The position numbers and the translations under genes are program-made. From Eledone cirrhosa (taxonomy: Eukaryota): DNA of 64,000 nucleotides. This document shows positions 27,061-43,014 of the stretch, piece after piece. The notes below the pieces were generated by a model. The model searched no databases. It was not told the origin of the DNA and saw only the letters and a list, made by a program, of their open reading frames with translations. Position 1 is the first letter of the stretch. The number at the start of each line of letters is the position of its first letter. The DNA lies in NCBI GenBank assembly GCA_964016885.1, contig OZ024755.1, positions 7,254,001 through 7,318,000 of the forward strand, read 5' to 3'.

Positions 27061-27887
27061 ATCTACATCTCTTACAATAAAACCACCATATATGGCAGAC
27101 ATATATACATATGTATACATATATATACACATTAAGGTGTGTAGACATGCGGTAAATTTCATGTATTTGCTCGAAGCTGATCAATCGTTTATCGCTATTC
27201 CATATATTAAACATTGTTCAGAAAACAGACATTCCACCCATCCTTCACACTTACCACAAACACACACACATAAACACACACACATATAAACACACACACA
27301 CACATATATATATATGTATATATGCACATACATATATACACACGGGAACAGAAATGTGTAGAAATTTCCCCAGTTATTTTATTTTATTGCCCATATCAAT
27401 ACATGAATAGAACAAAATAAATCTAATGCAACACATGGTAGAATTTCTTTGCTCTCCTTCTATTGTCTCATTATCGTTATGATATAGATATAAAGATATA
27501 GCTTGTTCGATGTAATTTCCAACTGTAGCACTTGAAACACCATCTGTAGCCTTAAGAACATGTATTTATTGTTAGTAGATGTTCTCCACTACCACCTACA
27601 TCAAATGATGGCATATCTTCACATAAATACTCTATCTATGTTGTTACCGTAATGTAGAATGTTTTATAGAAGTTATTATCGAAATAAGTATATATACACT
27701 GTTCCGTTTTAATCCAAATGTTTCTTGAAATATATGCAGTCGAATTAAGTATATATACTATGTAATATTCCACATATTTCTTAAAGTATAGATTGTAATA
27801 TAGGCAAAGGTGGCTGCAATCTCCACACACACACACACACACACACACCCACACCCACACCCACACCCACACCACACCACACCACAC

Positions 27888-27951
<64 letters not shown>

Positions 27952-28471
27952 CGAGAAATTAGCAGAATCGTCAGTTACAGTATTTAAACAATAAACTGCC
28001 AAAGTTAGATGATTTATGCTGCGGCCTCCGTGTCTTTACAGTGAAATATGTTTGCTTTTTTCACTAAGTTTTATTATTCAACTGTTCACTAAATTATCAC
28101 GATTCTTATCATTTACACTTGTGATTCTCTACTTTCCTCTCTTACCGTAAAAACAACAAACAATACCATTTTTTAACAATAAGGCCAACTAGATTCAGTA
28201 ATACTTGTATATACGATTTCTGATGTATCGTAAATCGTCTTTTTAATCTGGCAATAGATTTGTAGACCTTTCTACATGAATTGTATGTTACGTCATCTGT
28301 AACAATGAACATTATATATATATATATACATATACACACACACATATACAGGGTGTACCCCAAAATGCATACACATTTATATTAGAATACTGTTGAAGTA
28401 TGTATACATTTTTTGGGTCTCTCTGTATATATACACACGCACCTATATATATATATATATATATTTATAAC

Positions 28472-28652
28472 AATAATAGATTAAAGTTTAAGCAAAGAAT
28501 CGCTACTTTCACCCTTAACGGGATCTTCTGAAACTAAAACTAGTTTCAGATGATGTAATAAATATTTGCTCTACGGTTCTTATATATTTGATATATATTT
28601 ATCCTTATCGAGCCCTCTTTGGATTTTAGTCTTCAAAATTTATTATTATTAC
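28472..28652. mobile_element. family C inverted pair with internal deletion and tail
   Basis: centre CTGAAACTAAAACTAGTTTCAG. Confidence 0.8.
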
Positions 28653-28693
<41 letters not shown>

Positions 28694-28766
28694 TATATAT
28701 ATATCCAAAATTAAATTAAGGGTGTCATGTCTGAGAGACATGTGCCATATATATATATATATGGCA

Positions 28767-28891
<125 letters not shown>

Positions 28892-29053
28892 GAAAACAGG
28901 GAGAAAGAGACGATTATTAGGAAGAAAAATATATTTTTTCCCTTTTTATTTCTTTCTCTCCACATTTTATTATTATTATATAATAATAAAATGGTAATTA
29001 CTGGGTAATTACTGGGTAATTACTGGCCTAGTGCCTAAAGTAGAAACAATTAT

Positions 29054-29109
<56 letters not shown>

Positions 29110-29862
29110 AAACATACAAAAAACATTTATACAAACATAACATTGATATATACAAAGATATATGCATGCATATACACATCTATACATACATTCATAGTAA
29201 CAACATACATACATACATACATAAATACATACACACCTCTATCCATACTTACACACACAAACGTTTTATTCAAACGCGAAATCCAGTTGCATTGGAAAAT
29301 AAATCAAAAAAAAATCCCAACAACACCCTTAGCTATGAACACAAATATAAAAAGCAACCAACATAACTATGAAAACAGACACAACAACCACCTTAGTTAT
29401 GAATGTAAACACAATAACCATCTTAGCTTTAAATACAAACGTAAATCATAGCACCGTTGATTGCAACACCCACTCACAATGAATGAATGAAAAAAGAAAT
29501 AGTTGAATTAAGAAAAACAATTCGACCTTGGAACATTTTGCGAATGTTTATAACTGTAAAACAGATACATTTTCATGAATGAAATTGTAATTAAACTTAC
29601 ATTCAGCAACATTTGAAAATGCACTTAACAGCAAATCTGTAAAAAAATGATAAGAATCTAAGTCTTAATGAGATTTTTCTAAGTGGATAATATAGAAATG
29701 GAAAGTTGTGATATATGTTAATGGCAGTGAATCCCATTAAACCTATATTCCCTTATTCTCTAACTGGAATATATATTTCAGAATAATAGCTGTTTCAACG
29801 ACTTATTGTGATAGATGCATCAATGAATCTCTCGCTCTCTCGCCCTCGCTCTCTCGACCTCT

Positions 29863-29913
<51 letters not shown>

Positions 29914-29923
29914 TATATATATA

Positions 29924-30013
29924 TTTGAAAAAAGGAAAAGAATGACTTCACTTGTAGTTTTAAACAATTTGATTTAATTTTATATTATGATTTAGTAGAT
30001 ATAGTAAGTTCTT
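29924..30013 (-). mobile_element. family I insert (same as 44577-44718)
   Basis: AAAGGAAAAGAATGACTTCACTTGTAGTTTTAAAC shared; TA-flanked. Confidence 0.7.
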
Positions 30014-30023
30014 ATATATATAT

Positions 30024-30502
30024 ATGGCGTGCCTTTCATTTGCCCATGTTAGTTACTATAAGGTACAAGAAATGTCTCCTGTTTCTACTCTGTCAAGTCA
30101 GTCAATCATATTGGTGGCCTCCCCACAGCCCCGCGGGACGGCAAGGGAGATACGCTGGAAGAGCCATTCCAACTTGCGAGGCTCACACCTAGGGCTCGCC
30201 AGCTCATCACCTATGGTGGTGAGTAGGGAGATAGCACTAGGGCCGGGGACACGAGAACTATCCACCCTGAAGGGCACGACCGCAAACCTGTCGGAGAGCG
30301 ACCGGCATTTGGAGAGTTTGGCCGCCTCAGCCCGACGTGCAGCAAAACCTAGATTAGTCGCAGACTGCACCAGGTTACGGCAGGAGAAAGTGTCGGTGAA
30401 AGTGGCATCCTAGACGAGGGGTTTGTCACCGCAGAGCGGGAAGATGGTCATACCATCTGACCCTTTGCCGTCCCCTCGGTCCAGCCCCACCGGCTCCAGC
30501 TG
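30024..30502 (-). mobile_element. CRE-clade non-LTR retrotransposon 3' fragment (restriction-enzyme-like endonuclease domain)
   Basis: one frame LEPVGLDRGDGKGSDGMTIFP..PLV*DATFTDTFS..AARRAEAAKLSK..LFQRISLAVPRG; 3' end abuts (TA)n. Confidence 0.8.
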
Positions 30503-31616
30503 GGTGGTTTTTAATGTAATCAACTTGTCCCGACCGTAAATTGCTGGCCTTGTGCCTAAATTAGAAACTCTTATCAGAGATGTTTTAATTAATGTCAGAA
30601 ATATTGATGAAACATGATTGTAGAACATTCGTTGGAATAATATCGATCTTGTGTTGTGTGTCGAGTGGTGGTGGTGGTGGTGGTGGCAAGTGTGTGTATG
30701 TATGTGTATCAGTGTGAATATGTATGTATGTGTGTGTATGTATGTGTGTGTGTGTGTATGTATGTGTCTATATGTGCACGTTTATTAGCAGCGTGTGAGT
30801 GTGAATATATTTGTCTTTATATGTATGGTTGTCTCTGCGTGTGTGCTCGTTTTGTATAACGAATGTGAGTTTTATTATTATTGTGTGTGTGTGTGTGTGT
30901 GTGTGTACACTTTCCACAGCACTGACATGTAAATCAGGAGAAAGTTTCATTGCCAACTAATATTGGAGTTAACACCTATCTATCTATCCTTCTATCTATC
31001 TACCTATGTATCTCTCTGTCCATATATCTATCTATCTACTTGTCTATCTTTCTACTTGTCTATCTATCTATCTGTCTATCTATCTGTCTGTCTGATTGAT
31101 TGGTATTGAAGTTGACTTGGTTTATTACTGACTGCAGTGACTTAGCAACGAATCATTTGTTTACTTTCTTGATTAAATGTTTAATTTACTGGTTATTTTA
31201 CTAGTTAGCAGTTTCTGGCGGAAACTCAACCGGAAGACATCGGCAGGGATCTTTTCCGGTTATAGAAGTACGTGTACATTAGTAAAAGATTTAGTTGCAA
31301 CATATATTTGTTATAGATCAGTAACACTAATGACGCTACCATATGTCTGCTTCATTGATTAAGGAATCAGGAGATCATATTTTGTTCTCGGCATTCTGAT
31401 GAGTCCTGCATTTGCACTGAAACCAACCTGAACCAATTACATGTAACGAATGTCTGATTACAGTTCACTTAATAGAGAATGAGTACCTGTGGAAACTGGG
31501 GTTTTGCATTATGAAGGACTGGCGTCCCGTCCAGGCGGGAGTTTTATACCCACGGTCACTTAAACCTCTCAGGAAACTTATATAAGTTCCAGTCTTCGTT
31601 AAACCTGTACAAGCAG

Positions 31617-31660
<44 letters not shown>

Positions 31661-31667
31661 GAGAGAA

Positions 31668-31724
<57 letters not shown>

Positions 31725-32700
31725 GAGAGAGAGAATGAGAGAGTGAGAAAGCTAGATGTGCGTGTGTGTAAGTGTCGGCTCTCTGCCAAATTTTATTATT
31801 AACTTTCTAATTCTACACAAGACATTATCAACCTAAAGCTATTATATGAAGCATATTCCCAAAGTAGCGCTCGGTGGTACCCAGCCTTGAGCTATGTGGC
31901 TGTGATGGGACCTTTGAAACCGCTCAGCTATGCTTGCACTAATAATCAATTTATTTCATTGTTGATGTACTAACAGAAACTACATCCTTCGGGTGATTGT
32001 CTGGTGGTGTATGTGATCTTGGTATATTTTCTGATTTACAACTGATTCTTTCTTAAAAGTTTTACTTTAATTCATGACTGGTCAAACTACAAGACGGAGA
32101 AAGGAGTAGGTCTGTACATTACTTATAATGTTGCTATTAGGGGTGGTGTGAAGTTTGACATATTTAGAGACAACTGGGCGCACTATATTTACTCTAAGTC
32201 AGCAGTTTTGCTGTGACACACAATAAGATATCAAGTTAGAATTGCTGCCCCCTTTTTGTAGATTTTGCTTATGTGGGTGTCGGATCCTATACTTATTAAG
32301 GTCTGTCAGAATTTCTTTACAAAAAAAAAAAAATGAAAAGAAAACATTTCAGGGATGTTTTCTATTAAAATTCCTATTCCATTGAAATCCATATTTTCAG
32401 GAATATCGATAAATTCAGTTTAATTGGAGCTAAGATTCTAACAGGGCTTGGAATTTATGAATATCTGTTATTTCTAAATTTAGATAACAATCGATTAATA
32501 AAATGTTATGTTATCGATTATTCAGATATATTATCAATTATATAAATGTTAAATGTGGGGATTTTATATAAATTTAAACAGCTATTTAGAGTTTAGTTTA
32601 ATCTAAACTTGACATTATATATTTCGAGATAGATTACAATAATTTGTTAAATAAAAGATAACGAAAATCCAGAATTGGTAGAGCGTCGACTTAATATATA

Positions 32701-32940
32701 TAACAAAGGAATTGTGGTAAGGAACCAGATCGACCATAACGCACCAGAGTACTCAATACTTAGGGTAGTAGAGTGGGAAATAGGAAAAAGTATGACCCCG
32801 AGGGCAGAGCTCAAGCCGTTTCGACGGCTATTTCTGGACTAAAACAACATTTTTTTAAATAATAAAAAAAAAAATTTTTATATATTTTTTTTTAGTCCAG
32901 AAATAGCCGTCGAAGCTCTGCCGTCGGGGTCATACTTTTT

Positions 32941-32945
<5 letters not shown>
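32701..32945. mobile_element. family A' inverted pair, tail on the left
   Basis: matches 19923-20140 in reverse. Confidence 0.85.
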
Positions 32946-32980
<35 letters not shown>

Positions 32981-32983
<3 letters not shown>

Positions 32984-33072
32984 AATGTGAAGGCTAAAAT
33001 CCAAAGAGGGCTCGATAAGGATAAAATATATAAGAACCCCCAGAGCAAATAATTATTAAAATAACAGATTAA

Positions 33073-33078
<6 letters not shown>
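32981..33078 (-). mobile_element. family C tail fragment between TA tracts
   Basis: matches 12040-12143. Confidence 0.75.
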
Positions 33079-33127
<49 letters not shown>

Positions 33128-33894
33128 AGTGTGTGAGGTAGTGAGCGGGTTTGTATTTGTATGTGTATATGTAGAGAGAGAGAGAGATGGAAGAATATTG
33201 AGACTGTGTGTCTCTATGTACACTGCATATTTCCTTATGTGCATTAAGATATAAATCTTAAAAGCTAAACCCATGAAACTCTCCATTATGATATAATGTA
33301 GGCTTGGTAATGTGTAATGGTAACCCGGTAAAACTTATTGTATTTCAAACGACTCGTACATAAATATGGTCAAGAAATTTAAGACTCTGGTCATAAAGGT
33401 TATCTAGAAATCTCTCGTAAACTCAGCTTGAGAATTTCCTATTCTCTTTATAGAGGACACCTATAAACATTATCTCATTCGGATTTCCTTTAGAGAGATT
33501 CTGCAATTTTCCTGAATATAAATATATATATTATCCATGTATCACCTACCTTTATATTTTCCACTATCCGGCATTATCTTTATTATTGCTAACAAAGTAT
33601 ATAATGATAAGTTTTTAACATTTCCCCTCGTTCATTCCTTCCACCAACATCTCATATTGTTTCTGTCATAGCTATGTCATGATAAATAAAATGGAAAAGG
33701 AAAGGAAAGACAAGGAGTCTAGGGTCACCGAAGAATGAGGAGGGGGAAGGGGGATAATTGGGCTCTGGGCCTTCGAGTCACAATATTAGGGGTCATAACA
33801 TACACAAACACTCAATGTACACCCACCGACACACCCTACCCCACCCTCCCTCTCCCGTTCCGTCCACTGTGTCGATGACACAACAGTCCACACT

Positions 33895-34125
33895 GTAAGG
33901 TGGCCGTGTAGGAGACACGGTATAAAAGGCTCCCAGTCCACGCTGTAAATGTGGTTGGTGTTAGGTAGGGCATCCAGCTGTAAAAAACCTGCCAGAGACG
34001 CTTCCGTGCGAGGAGCGAGACATGGTCTCCCGACCATTCCCGCATCAAATGGAACAAAACCCATGCTAATGTGGAAGATGGACGTTAAACGACGACGATG
34101 ATGATGATGATGGTGATGATGATGA
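33895..34125 (+). mobile_element. SINE 3' part with RTE-type GGACGTTAAA(GAT)n tail
   Basis: tail shared with the LINE end at 52178-52220. Confidence 0.65.
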
Positions 34126-34175
34126 CACACTCTCTCTCTCATGCACACTCACAAACACGCACACAGATACACTGT

Positions 34176-34232
34176 CGGATCTAGCTGTCGAAACGGCCGC
34201 AGCTCAGCCGTCGGGGTCCTGAATCTTTTCAT
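34176..34232 (+). mobile_element. family A single arm
   Basis: CGGATCTAGCTGTCGAAACGGCC..GCCGTCGGGGTCC then (TA)n. Confidence 0.8.
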
Positions 34233-35010
34233 ATATATATATATATATTGGGGTGAATGGGTACGTTTGACGAATTATCTACAACTACATATACATCTAT
34301 GCTTCTGTGTATATACCGTGCACTAATTCCAATTGTAGCCAATGCATAATCACACGGTCGATCGCCTTATGTCCCTACAATGCTGCTATATTCAATGGAG
34401 CAGAAATATTTCTATCGCTTTCTTAAAAACCAGTGAACGATGACACTTCAGCACTTCAGCCAATCAGAGACTCAATTAACTCTGCCATTAACAGTTCACT
34501 TTATAACTGGCTACATTATAACAATTTTTAATATCACTATACTATTTAACCTCTTCACCTATATGTATATATTAGTGTGTCTGTGTGTATGCATCTGTGT
34601 GTGTGTGTATCTGTGTGTGCGTGTGTGTGTGTATATCTGTGTGTGTGTGAGAAAGAGAGAGAGAGAGTGTGTAAGTGTGTGTATGTTTATGACTCGTATG
34701 GAAGGACCAGAGCACAATCATCCCCACCCCTTCTCATTCTTCTGTGACCCCAGAGCTCTTGCCTTTACCTCCCTTTTCTGCTTATTTTTTTTATATTTTC
34801 TTATTTTAAATTTCATTTATTCTTCTCAATCTAATTTTTTTTTCTTTCTTTTTCTATTAAATTGTTTTTACCAAGATGTAAATAAAACTTTACCTATAAT
34901 ACGAAATACATATTCACTGGGGTCGATAAGATGAATTAAATCATGGCTCAGCATTAGCCTGGCCGCAGTCAAAAGACTGAAACCAGGAAACAAATAATAT
35001 TATATATATA

Positions 35011-35163
35011 TAGGAAAAGAGTCAGGAACCCGACGGCTGAGTTCTGGCCGTCTCGACAGCTCGTCGGGGTCCTGACTCTATTCCTATTACCCACTCTACT
35101 ACCCTAAGTATCGAGTACTCTGGTGCGTTATGGTCCACCTGGTTCCTTACCACACCTTCTTTG

Positions 35164-35166
<3 letters not shown>
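35011..35166. mobile_element. family A inverted pair with tail
   Basis: matches 62775-62967. Confidence 0.85.
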
Positions 35167-35200
<34 letters not shown>

Positions 35201-35250
35201 AGAATAGGATGGATGTGTAGTTGCTAGTTAAGTTAGGCTTAATATATATA

Positions 35251-35506
35251 TGTAGAGGTTATATTTAATTTGTTGGGATACAACAAGCAAAATATTTTTA
35301 TAACTGATATAAAGCACTCAACAAGACTATCCGGGAGACTCCAACCGTGAAGGTTGCATTTTTCAGGGTATGTCAATATTTATTTATAAAACTAATCTAT
35401 ATTATATTTTATCTGATGAAAGCGCACTATAATCTGCCTTGGTGGCCCTTGAAATATGTATAATGAAATAAATACGGTTTTATAAATATAGTTTCCATTT
35501 GTAAAT
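35251..35506. mobile_element. family G: inverted tail (35251-35322) joined to sense body with hammerhead (~35405-35470)
   Basis: matches 44225-44500. Confidence 0.75.
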
Positions 35507-36315
35507 ATATATATATATATATATATATAGATATTCTGTTTTAATATTGGATCAAGTCACTTGCCAGACAGGTTTAAGTAAAAATTACAATATATCTCTC
35601 GAGAATAGAAGTTTGGTCTTGAATGTAGCTCAGTAGAACTTTACCTCCACGTTACAACACTCCTTACATTGATCCTTACATTCGTTAAACCTTGATTTTT
35701 AGTACATCATACACCAGTCATAATTGATGATATTGATAGAAACGCTCTATATCTTCCTGCATTCATGTCAGAACTTGCCTTGTGTAATGTAATAGTGAAA
35801 GTCACATGACTGTTCACACTAGACATCTCTATGTAGACATACAATTGTGTATCATTTATCATAAGGTTTCAACACATTTTCCAGAATCTAGAGTCATTTT
35901 ACCTTATCTTATCTCATCTCATCTCATTTCTTCATTCCGTTACTTCTCTTTTTTATATCTTTACCTTTCAATCAACCTTTCTTTCTTATCCAGTCTTTAT
36001 CTCACGCTCTCTTTATATACATATATTATACCTAATTCCTACATATATATTTTAATCATACTAGGCTTACCTTCTCTCGCTTTCTCTTTCTCTCTCTCGG
36101 AGAATTTTTTCAAAATTTATTTCTGAAACTAATTTGGAATTAAACCAGTTTTTAAGACGTATATCCAGACAGAGAAAGTTTGAAGAACAAAACCACTAAT
36201 TCAATTGTAAGAAAAATTTACCAAAATTCCAAACGTTAATATATTTCGTTTTCTAGTTTTCTTTTTCCATAACTAATAAGCTTTGGAGCATTGATATTAA
36301 AGTATCACCAACATC

Positions 36316-36316
36316 C

Positions 36317-36378
<62 letters not shown>

Positions 36379-36580
36379 GTCAGTATTGGTAGAGCGTGGG
36401 ACATATGCTTCGCGGGATATAAGTACGCCAATTTACGTTCTGAGTTCAAATCACACCGAGGTTAACTTTGCCTTTCATCCTTACAGGTTCGATAAAATAA
36501 AGTACTAGTAACGTACTGGGGTGGATATAATCGACCCCCTTCAAATTTCTGGCCTTGTGCCTATAGTAGAAATCAATATA
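36316..36580 (+). mobile_element. (CAT)n followed by S1 SINE
   Basis: S1 consensus from 36378. Confidence 0.8.
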
Positions 36581-36793
36581 ATTATTATTATATTACAAAA
36601 CCCCCCAAAAATTAAATTAATCATTTTTTAGAATCAATTTTATTACTCCAACATACATATAAACACATACATATGCTCATTATATATATTAGTTTAAGAT
36701 AAACAAGACGAATACATGGAGACCATAACACACAAAGAAATTATTAGTTTCAACACAAGGTTTTAGACCAAGTTATTTGAGAGACACATACAT

Positions 36794-37525
36794 CTGTTGC
36801 TGAATCACTTTTCCTCGATATAATACCTTCAGTTTGAACACAGTCTCAAATCAAGTTACTTGTCTGACAAGTAATACTCCAAACTGTTGCTGAATCACTT
36901 TTCCTCGATATAATACCTTCAGTTTGAACACACAGTCTCAAATCAAGTTACTTGCCTGACAAGTAATACTCCAAACTGTTGCTGAATCACTTTACCTCAA
37001 TATAATACCTTCAGTTTGAACACACAGTCTCAAATCAAGTTACTTGCCTGACAAGTAATACTCCAAACTGTTGCTGAATCACTTTTCCTCGATATAATAC
37101 CTTCAGTTTGAACACACAGTCTCAGATCAAGTTACTTGTCTGACAAGTAATACTCCAAACTGTTGCTGAATCACTTTACCTCAATATAATACCTTCAGTT
37201 TGAACACACAGTCTCAAATCAAGTTACTTGCCTGACAAGTAATACTCCAAACTGTTGCTGAATCACTTTTCCTCGATGTAATACCTTCAGTTTGAACACA
37301 CAGTCTCAGATCAAGTTACTTGTCTGACAAGTAATACTCCAAACTGTTGCTGAATCACTTTTACTCGATGTAATACCTTCAGTTTGAACACACTGTCTCA
37401 GATCAAGTTACTTGTCTGACAAGTAATACTCCAAACTGTTGCTGAATCACTTTTCCTCGATGTAATACCTTCAGTTTGAACACAGTCTCAGATCAAGTTA
37501 CTTATCTGACAAGTAAAACTCGAAA
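36794..37525. repeat. 90-92-bp tandem repeat, 8 copies, each with palindrome TTACTTGTC-T-GACAAGTAA
   Basis: unit starts at 36794, 36884, 36976, 37068, 37160, 37252, 37344, 37436. Confidence 0.95.
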
Positions 37526-37808
37526 ATGTTTTCAACACTTTCAGTTTAATCTTTTAGGTCAGAGAAAACATTATTTAAACGTTTAATTTTCGAAAGCCAA
37601 GAATTTATGAGAGAACATCAAACAATAGCATGTACAAAGGGCAAACTCTAATTATTAATAAATCTAATGGATAGAAGGGAGATCAAATGGATGGAAACGA
37701 TATTAATTTGAGCAAAGAAACAGATTGCGTAAACGGGTCAACGTAATAGCAACAGGTGTTGATAATTTACCAGAGACCATACATGAACAGACACACACAC
37801 GCACATAG

Positions 37809-37948
<140 letters not shown>

Positions 37949-38164
37949 ATATACACACACACACATAGACACACACACGCACATAGACACATACACGCAC
38001 ATAGACACACACGCCGATAGATACGGACAAACACAGAGACACACACACGCATACATAGACACACACACACTTACATAGACACTCACCCACATAAACACAC
38101 ACGCACATATGCACACACACACATAGTGACACACGCATATGCATAGAAACACACACACACTGCT

Positions 38165-38468
38165 GTGTTGTTGGACCTCCGTCGGTTCTGACGACGAGTA
38201 TGTCAGTTGTTTGAACAACCCTACAGCCTGCTGGTGAAGTTAACATTGAAGTGACATCATTTCACAGACACGTGTAACCATAACGTAGTTGTCAGTGAGA
38301 TACAGCGTGTGATCAGACTGAACCCTTTAAATTAGGTACAGCTCAGTGTTGTAGCTGATTAAAATAACGTGAAATAAAGTATCTTGCCCAAGGACACAAC
38401 ATGCCACATGGAATCGAACTCACGATTTTCGATCGTGAGCTGAATACTATAAAAGCTAAGCCACATGC
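38165..38468 (-). mobile_element. S2 CORE-type SINE with long 3' tail; tail copies also at ~22655, 25030, 40385, 54655, 57150, 60295
   Basis: tRNA head, CORE-like domain and tail collinear with 56322-56632. Confidence 0.75.
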
Positions 38469-38689
38469 TTACACGCACACACAAAAAAATACACACACAT
38501 ACATATGTATATATATAGAGGAGTGAGATCTACAGCAACTGAAAGAACTCAATACAGAATACTGAGTGTATATTAATTTAAGGAATTAATGCTCTCCAGT
38601 CGATTTATTAAAACTCTTGCACAAAGGTAAGGTATTATTCCGCAATAGGTTAACAGCTCTCTCTCTCTCTCTTATATATATATATATAA

Positions 38690-38862
38690 CGTTTAACCCG
38701 GTTCAATCGGGGGTAACCACAGTAAGTAAGGTACTCAATACAAAGCAGAGTATAAATATTTAATATAGAAAGGGCTTCTACAGGACTAGAACTGCTTCAT
38801 TCGGAAGAAATCATCAAGAAGCTTCCTGAAACAGTTCTAGTCCTGTACAAGACCTTTCTCTC
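38690..38862. mobile_element. family B inverted pair
   Basis: matches 54149-54342. Confidence 0.85.
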
Positions 38863-40095
38863 TATATATATATTGTGTGTATAGGCATATGTATGGCATC
38901 GGTTTACGTTTAGGTCTCATGCACCTCAAGTTTCTGGACAGAATTTAACTTTAACTTCATAAACTAATATAAAATGTAACTCTCTATGCTATGAGAAATT
39001 TCATCAATATATTATACTCTTTGATAGAAGCTATAGATAGGAAATGTACTCTCATAAAAACTGAAGCTAAAGGAATCAACATTGAGGAAAAGGATCGAGT
39101 CCAATATTATTTATATCAATTGGTTCTTTGAAATTGCCTGCCCCATCCATTCTTGCTTCTAAAATATCTGGGAATGTGAAAATCCTGGCTTTGTCTTCGT
39201 TATACATTATATTTCATTCAGTAAATCTTTGTACATTGAAATCGAAATTTACATACATTCTCTATAGGTAGCCATAGGCCTTTATATAAAAAAAAGTATA
39301 AAGAATAGAAACAAAATTTGTTTCCGCTCTAGCATAGTGGATACCTAGATGGAATAGGTGACTGTTTAAGAGTATCAAAGTTTGTAGAAGTAAACTAAAT
39401 ATAAAGCTAAATATGAACTGCATAAAAAGCTAAATCTATAGAAATATATTGGAAGCAATAAAAAAAGTTAAAAATGAAACGTGAAAAAACCAAAAATTGG
39501 TAGACAAAGAAATGGTAAGTAACGTTGCAGATTTCGACCACAGTCGGAGTTCAATAAACCAACTAATGTCAATGACAGTTTCAGAACAAGCGTCTATAAT
39601 TAGATTTATATAAAGAACCGGGATTTTGATTCGCTCAAGCCCGCAGCTATTCTTGTTGAATCCGAAATAGTTCCTGTTGAATTCCTGCCCTGTATTGTTC
39701 TCATCATATACCACATTTTGGATAGGAGAAAATCAACAATACAATAAATGTTTTAGATATTATCGATGTAAACGAAAGCATAGACTTTTGGTTAAGGACT
39801 TCTCTCCATGACCAGGTAGGTTCGGGTTCAATCCCTTGTATGGCTCCACGTTTTTGTGACCTTTATAACCAGCGACTGATAGATCAATCTGTCTTGATTG
39901 AGATTTGGTATGATCGTGAGAATACACACACACACATACATACACACATACACACACACAATACACACACACACTCACAGACACACACAGACACACACAC
40001 ACACACACAGGCACAGACACACAGACACACAGACACACACCACACACCACACACGCACACGCACACATACATACATACATACATACATACATACA

Positions 40096-40130
<35 letters not shown>

Positions 40131-40135
40131 TTCCT

Positions 40136-40265
40136 TCTGCTGATGAAGGACTAGCATCCGAAACGTTAAGACCCTCTTCCTGCTATATCAAGCGTTAACC
40201 TAATATATCCCTTCCATATACTGTACCGATTGTGTTGTTATTTCTGTATACCTTTTACACACACA
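40136..40265 (+). mobile_element. family D insert with minimal hammerhead (40136-40171)
   Basis: CUGAUGA-A-GGAC UAGC AUCC-GAAA-CG-UU-AAGA; stem III reduced to palindromic ACGU. Confidence 0.8.
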
Positions 40266-40517
40266 GCACCATTTATATATATATATATATATGTATATAT
40301 ATGTAAATGGTGCTGTGTGTTTACTATTTTTATGACCCAGAACTTAGCAGTTCGACAAACTGATATCGGTAAAATAAATACTGAATTACTCTGAGAACTA
40401 CGTTAAGCGTACGAGTGTTTGTAGAATGCTCTGACACTTGCAAGTTAATTTTACGAGCAGGATGTTGTGTTGATCGTATCAACTGGAACACTCGTCATCG
40501 TAATTGACAAAGTGCCG

Positions 40518-40574
<57 letters not shown>

Positions 40575-40575
<1 letters not shown>

Positions 40576-40630
40576 GGATCTAGCTGTCGAAACGGCCGGA
40601 GCTCAGCCGTCGGGGTCCTGACTCTTTTCC

Positions 40631-40632
<2 letters not shown>
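40575..40632 (+). mobile_element. family A single arm inside (TA)n
   Basis: same 5' start CGGATCTAG as 34176 and 62835. Confidence 0.85.
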
Positions 40633-40662
<30 letters not shown>

Positions 40663-40727
40663 CAAGATAAACGAGGCAAACACAGGGATAAAATAAAACA
40701 GTTATGTATGTTTGTAAATATAAAATA

Positions 40728-40854
<127 letters not shown>

Positions 40855-41271
40855 GTATACATACATATCGATACCTACCTATACATGCTACCTACACATA
40901 TATACAGACAGACACACTCACACATTGTACTTAGTCCAGTGTCAATCTAGTGAGAGAGCTTCAGGCAAAACCCAGCAATAGTGTGACGTCACAGTATGAG
41001 TTGCTTTCTATGGTCTCTCTGTACTGATACATACACTGAATGGATGATCGATTGGTACGTTTTATGTGAGATCAATACACACAATTAGGTTATTGATTTG
41101 CATTGAATGTATATAAGGGGGGGGGGGGATTGTTAGACACTGTGGAAATGTATATTGCAGGATCAACCAATAGGATTTAATGAAGCAGACAACGAAAGGA
41201 GTGAAGAGAGCTCGCTTCCAGACATATACACCCGCACACAAACATTATACACACACACACATATGTATATA

Positions 41272-41306
<35 letters not shown>

Positions 41307-41367
41307 CATAAATACGCAAACGCATGTTTTATTAGTTTTGAGATTACTCTGTGTTGCTACTCTAAGT

Positions 41368-42600
<1,233 letters not shown>

Positions 42601-43014
42601 TTTAAGTGCTAAAAAAACCACAATCGCTCCTACTGATACAAACGATGTTTAAGTACATACGTTGGCATTTAAGTGCAGGCACATAAAGCATTTATATGCA
42701 GTGGTATCACACATGCACATACACACAAACACACACACACCCCTATCTATCTATCTCCATATATATGTATACACAATGATGGATAGTTTACATTATCTGT
42801 TACCGGGTTTAACAGCAACACCTAGCCGTTTCATTCCAGTAAAGGAATTTGCTCTGCATCAAGCAATCGGTTCATGTCATTGCTTCCCCACCTCTTACAC
42901 CAGTTCGTTTAGTCTAAATAGAGCCAAGGACAATGATATGCCGATTAAAAATATATATAGGATGATGTGTATATATACACACACAAATATATATATATAT
43001 ATATATATTAACAT

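Noticed and set aside
36794-37525. CRISPR-like array with palindromic repeat
   Set aside because: Intervening sequences are identical rather than unique spacers; eukaryotic context; no cas genes
39000-39720. Unique-looking sequence with a 92-aa minus-strand ORF
   Set aside because: No recognisable domain or consistent splice signals
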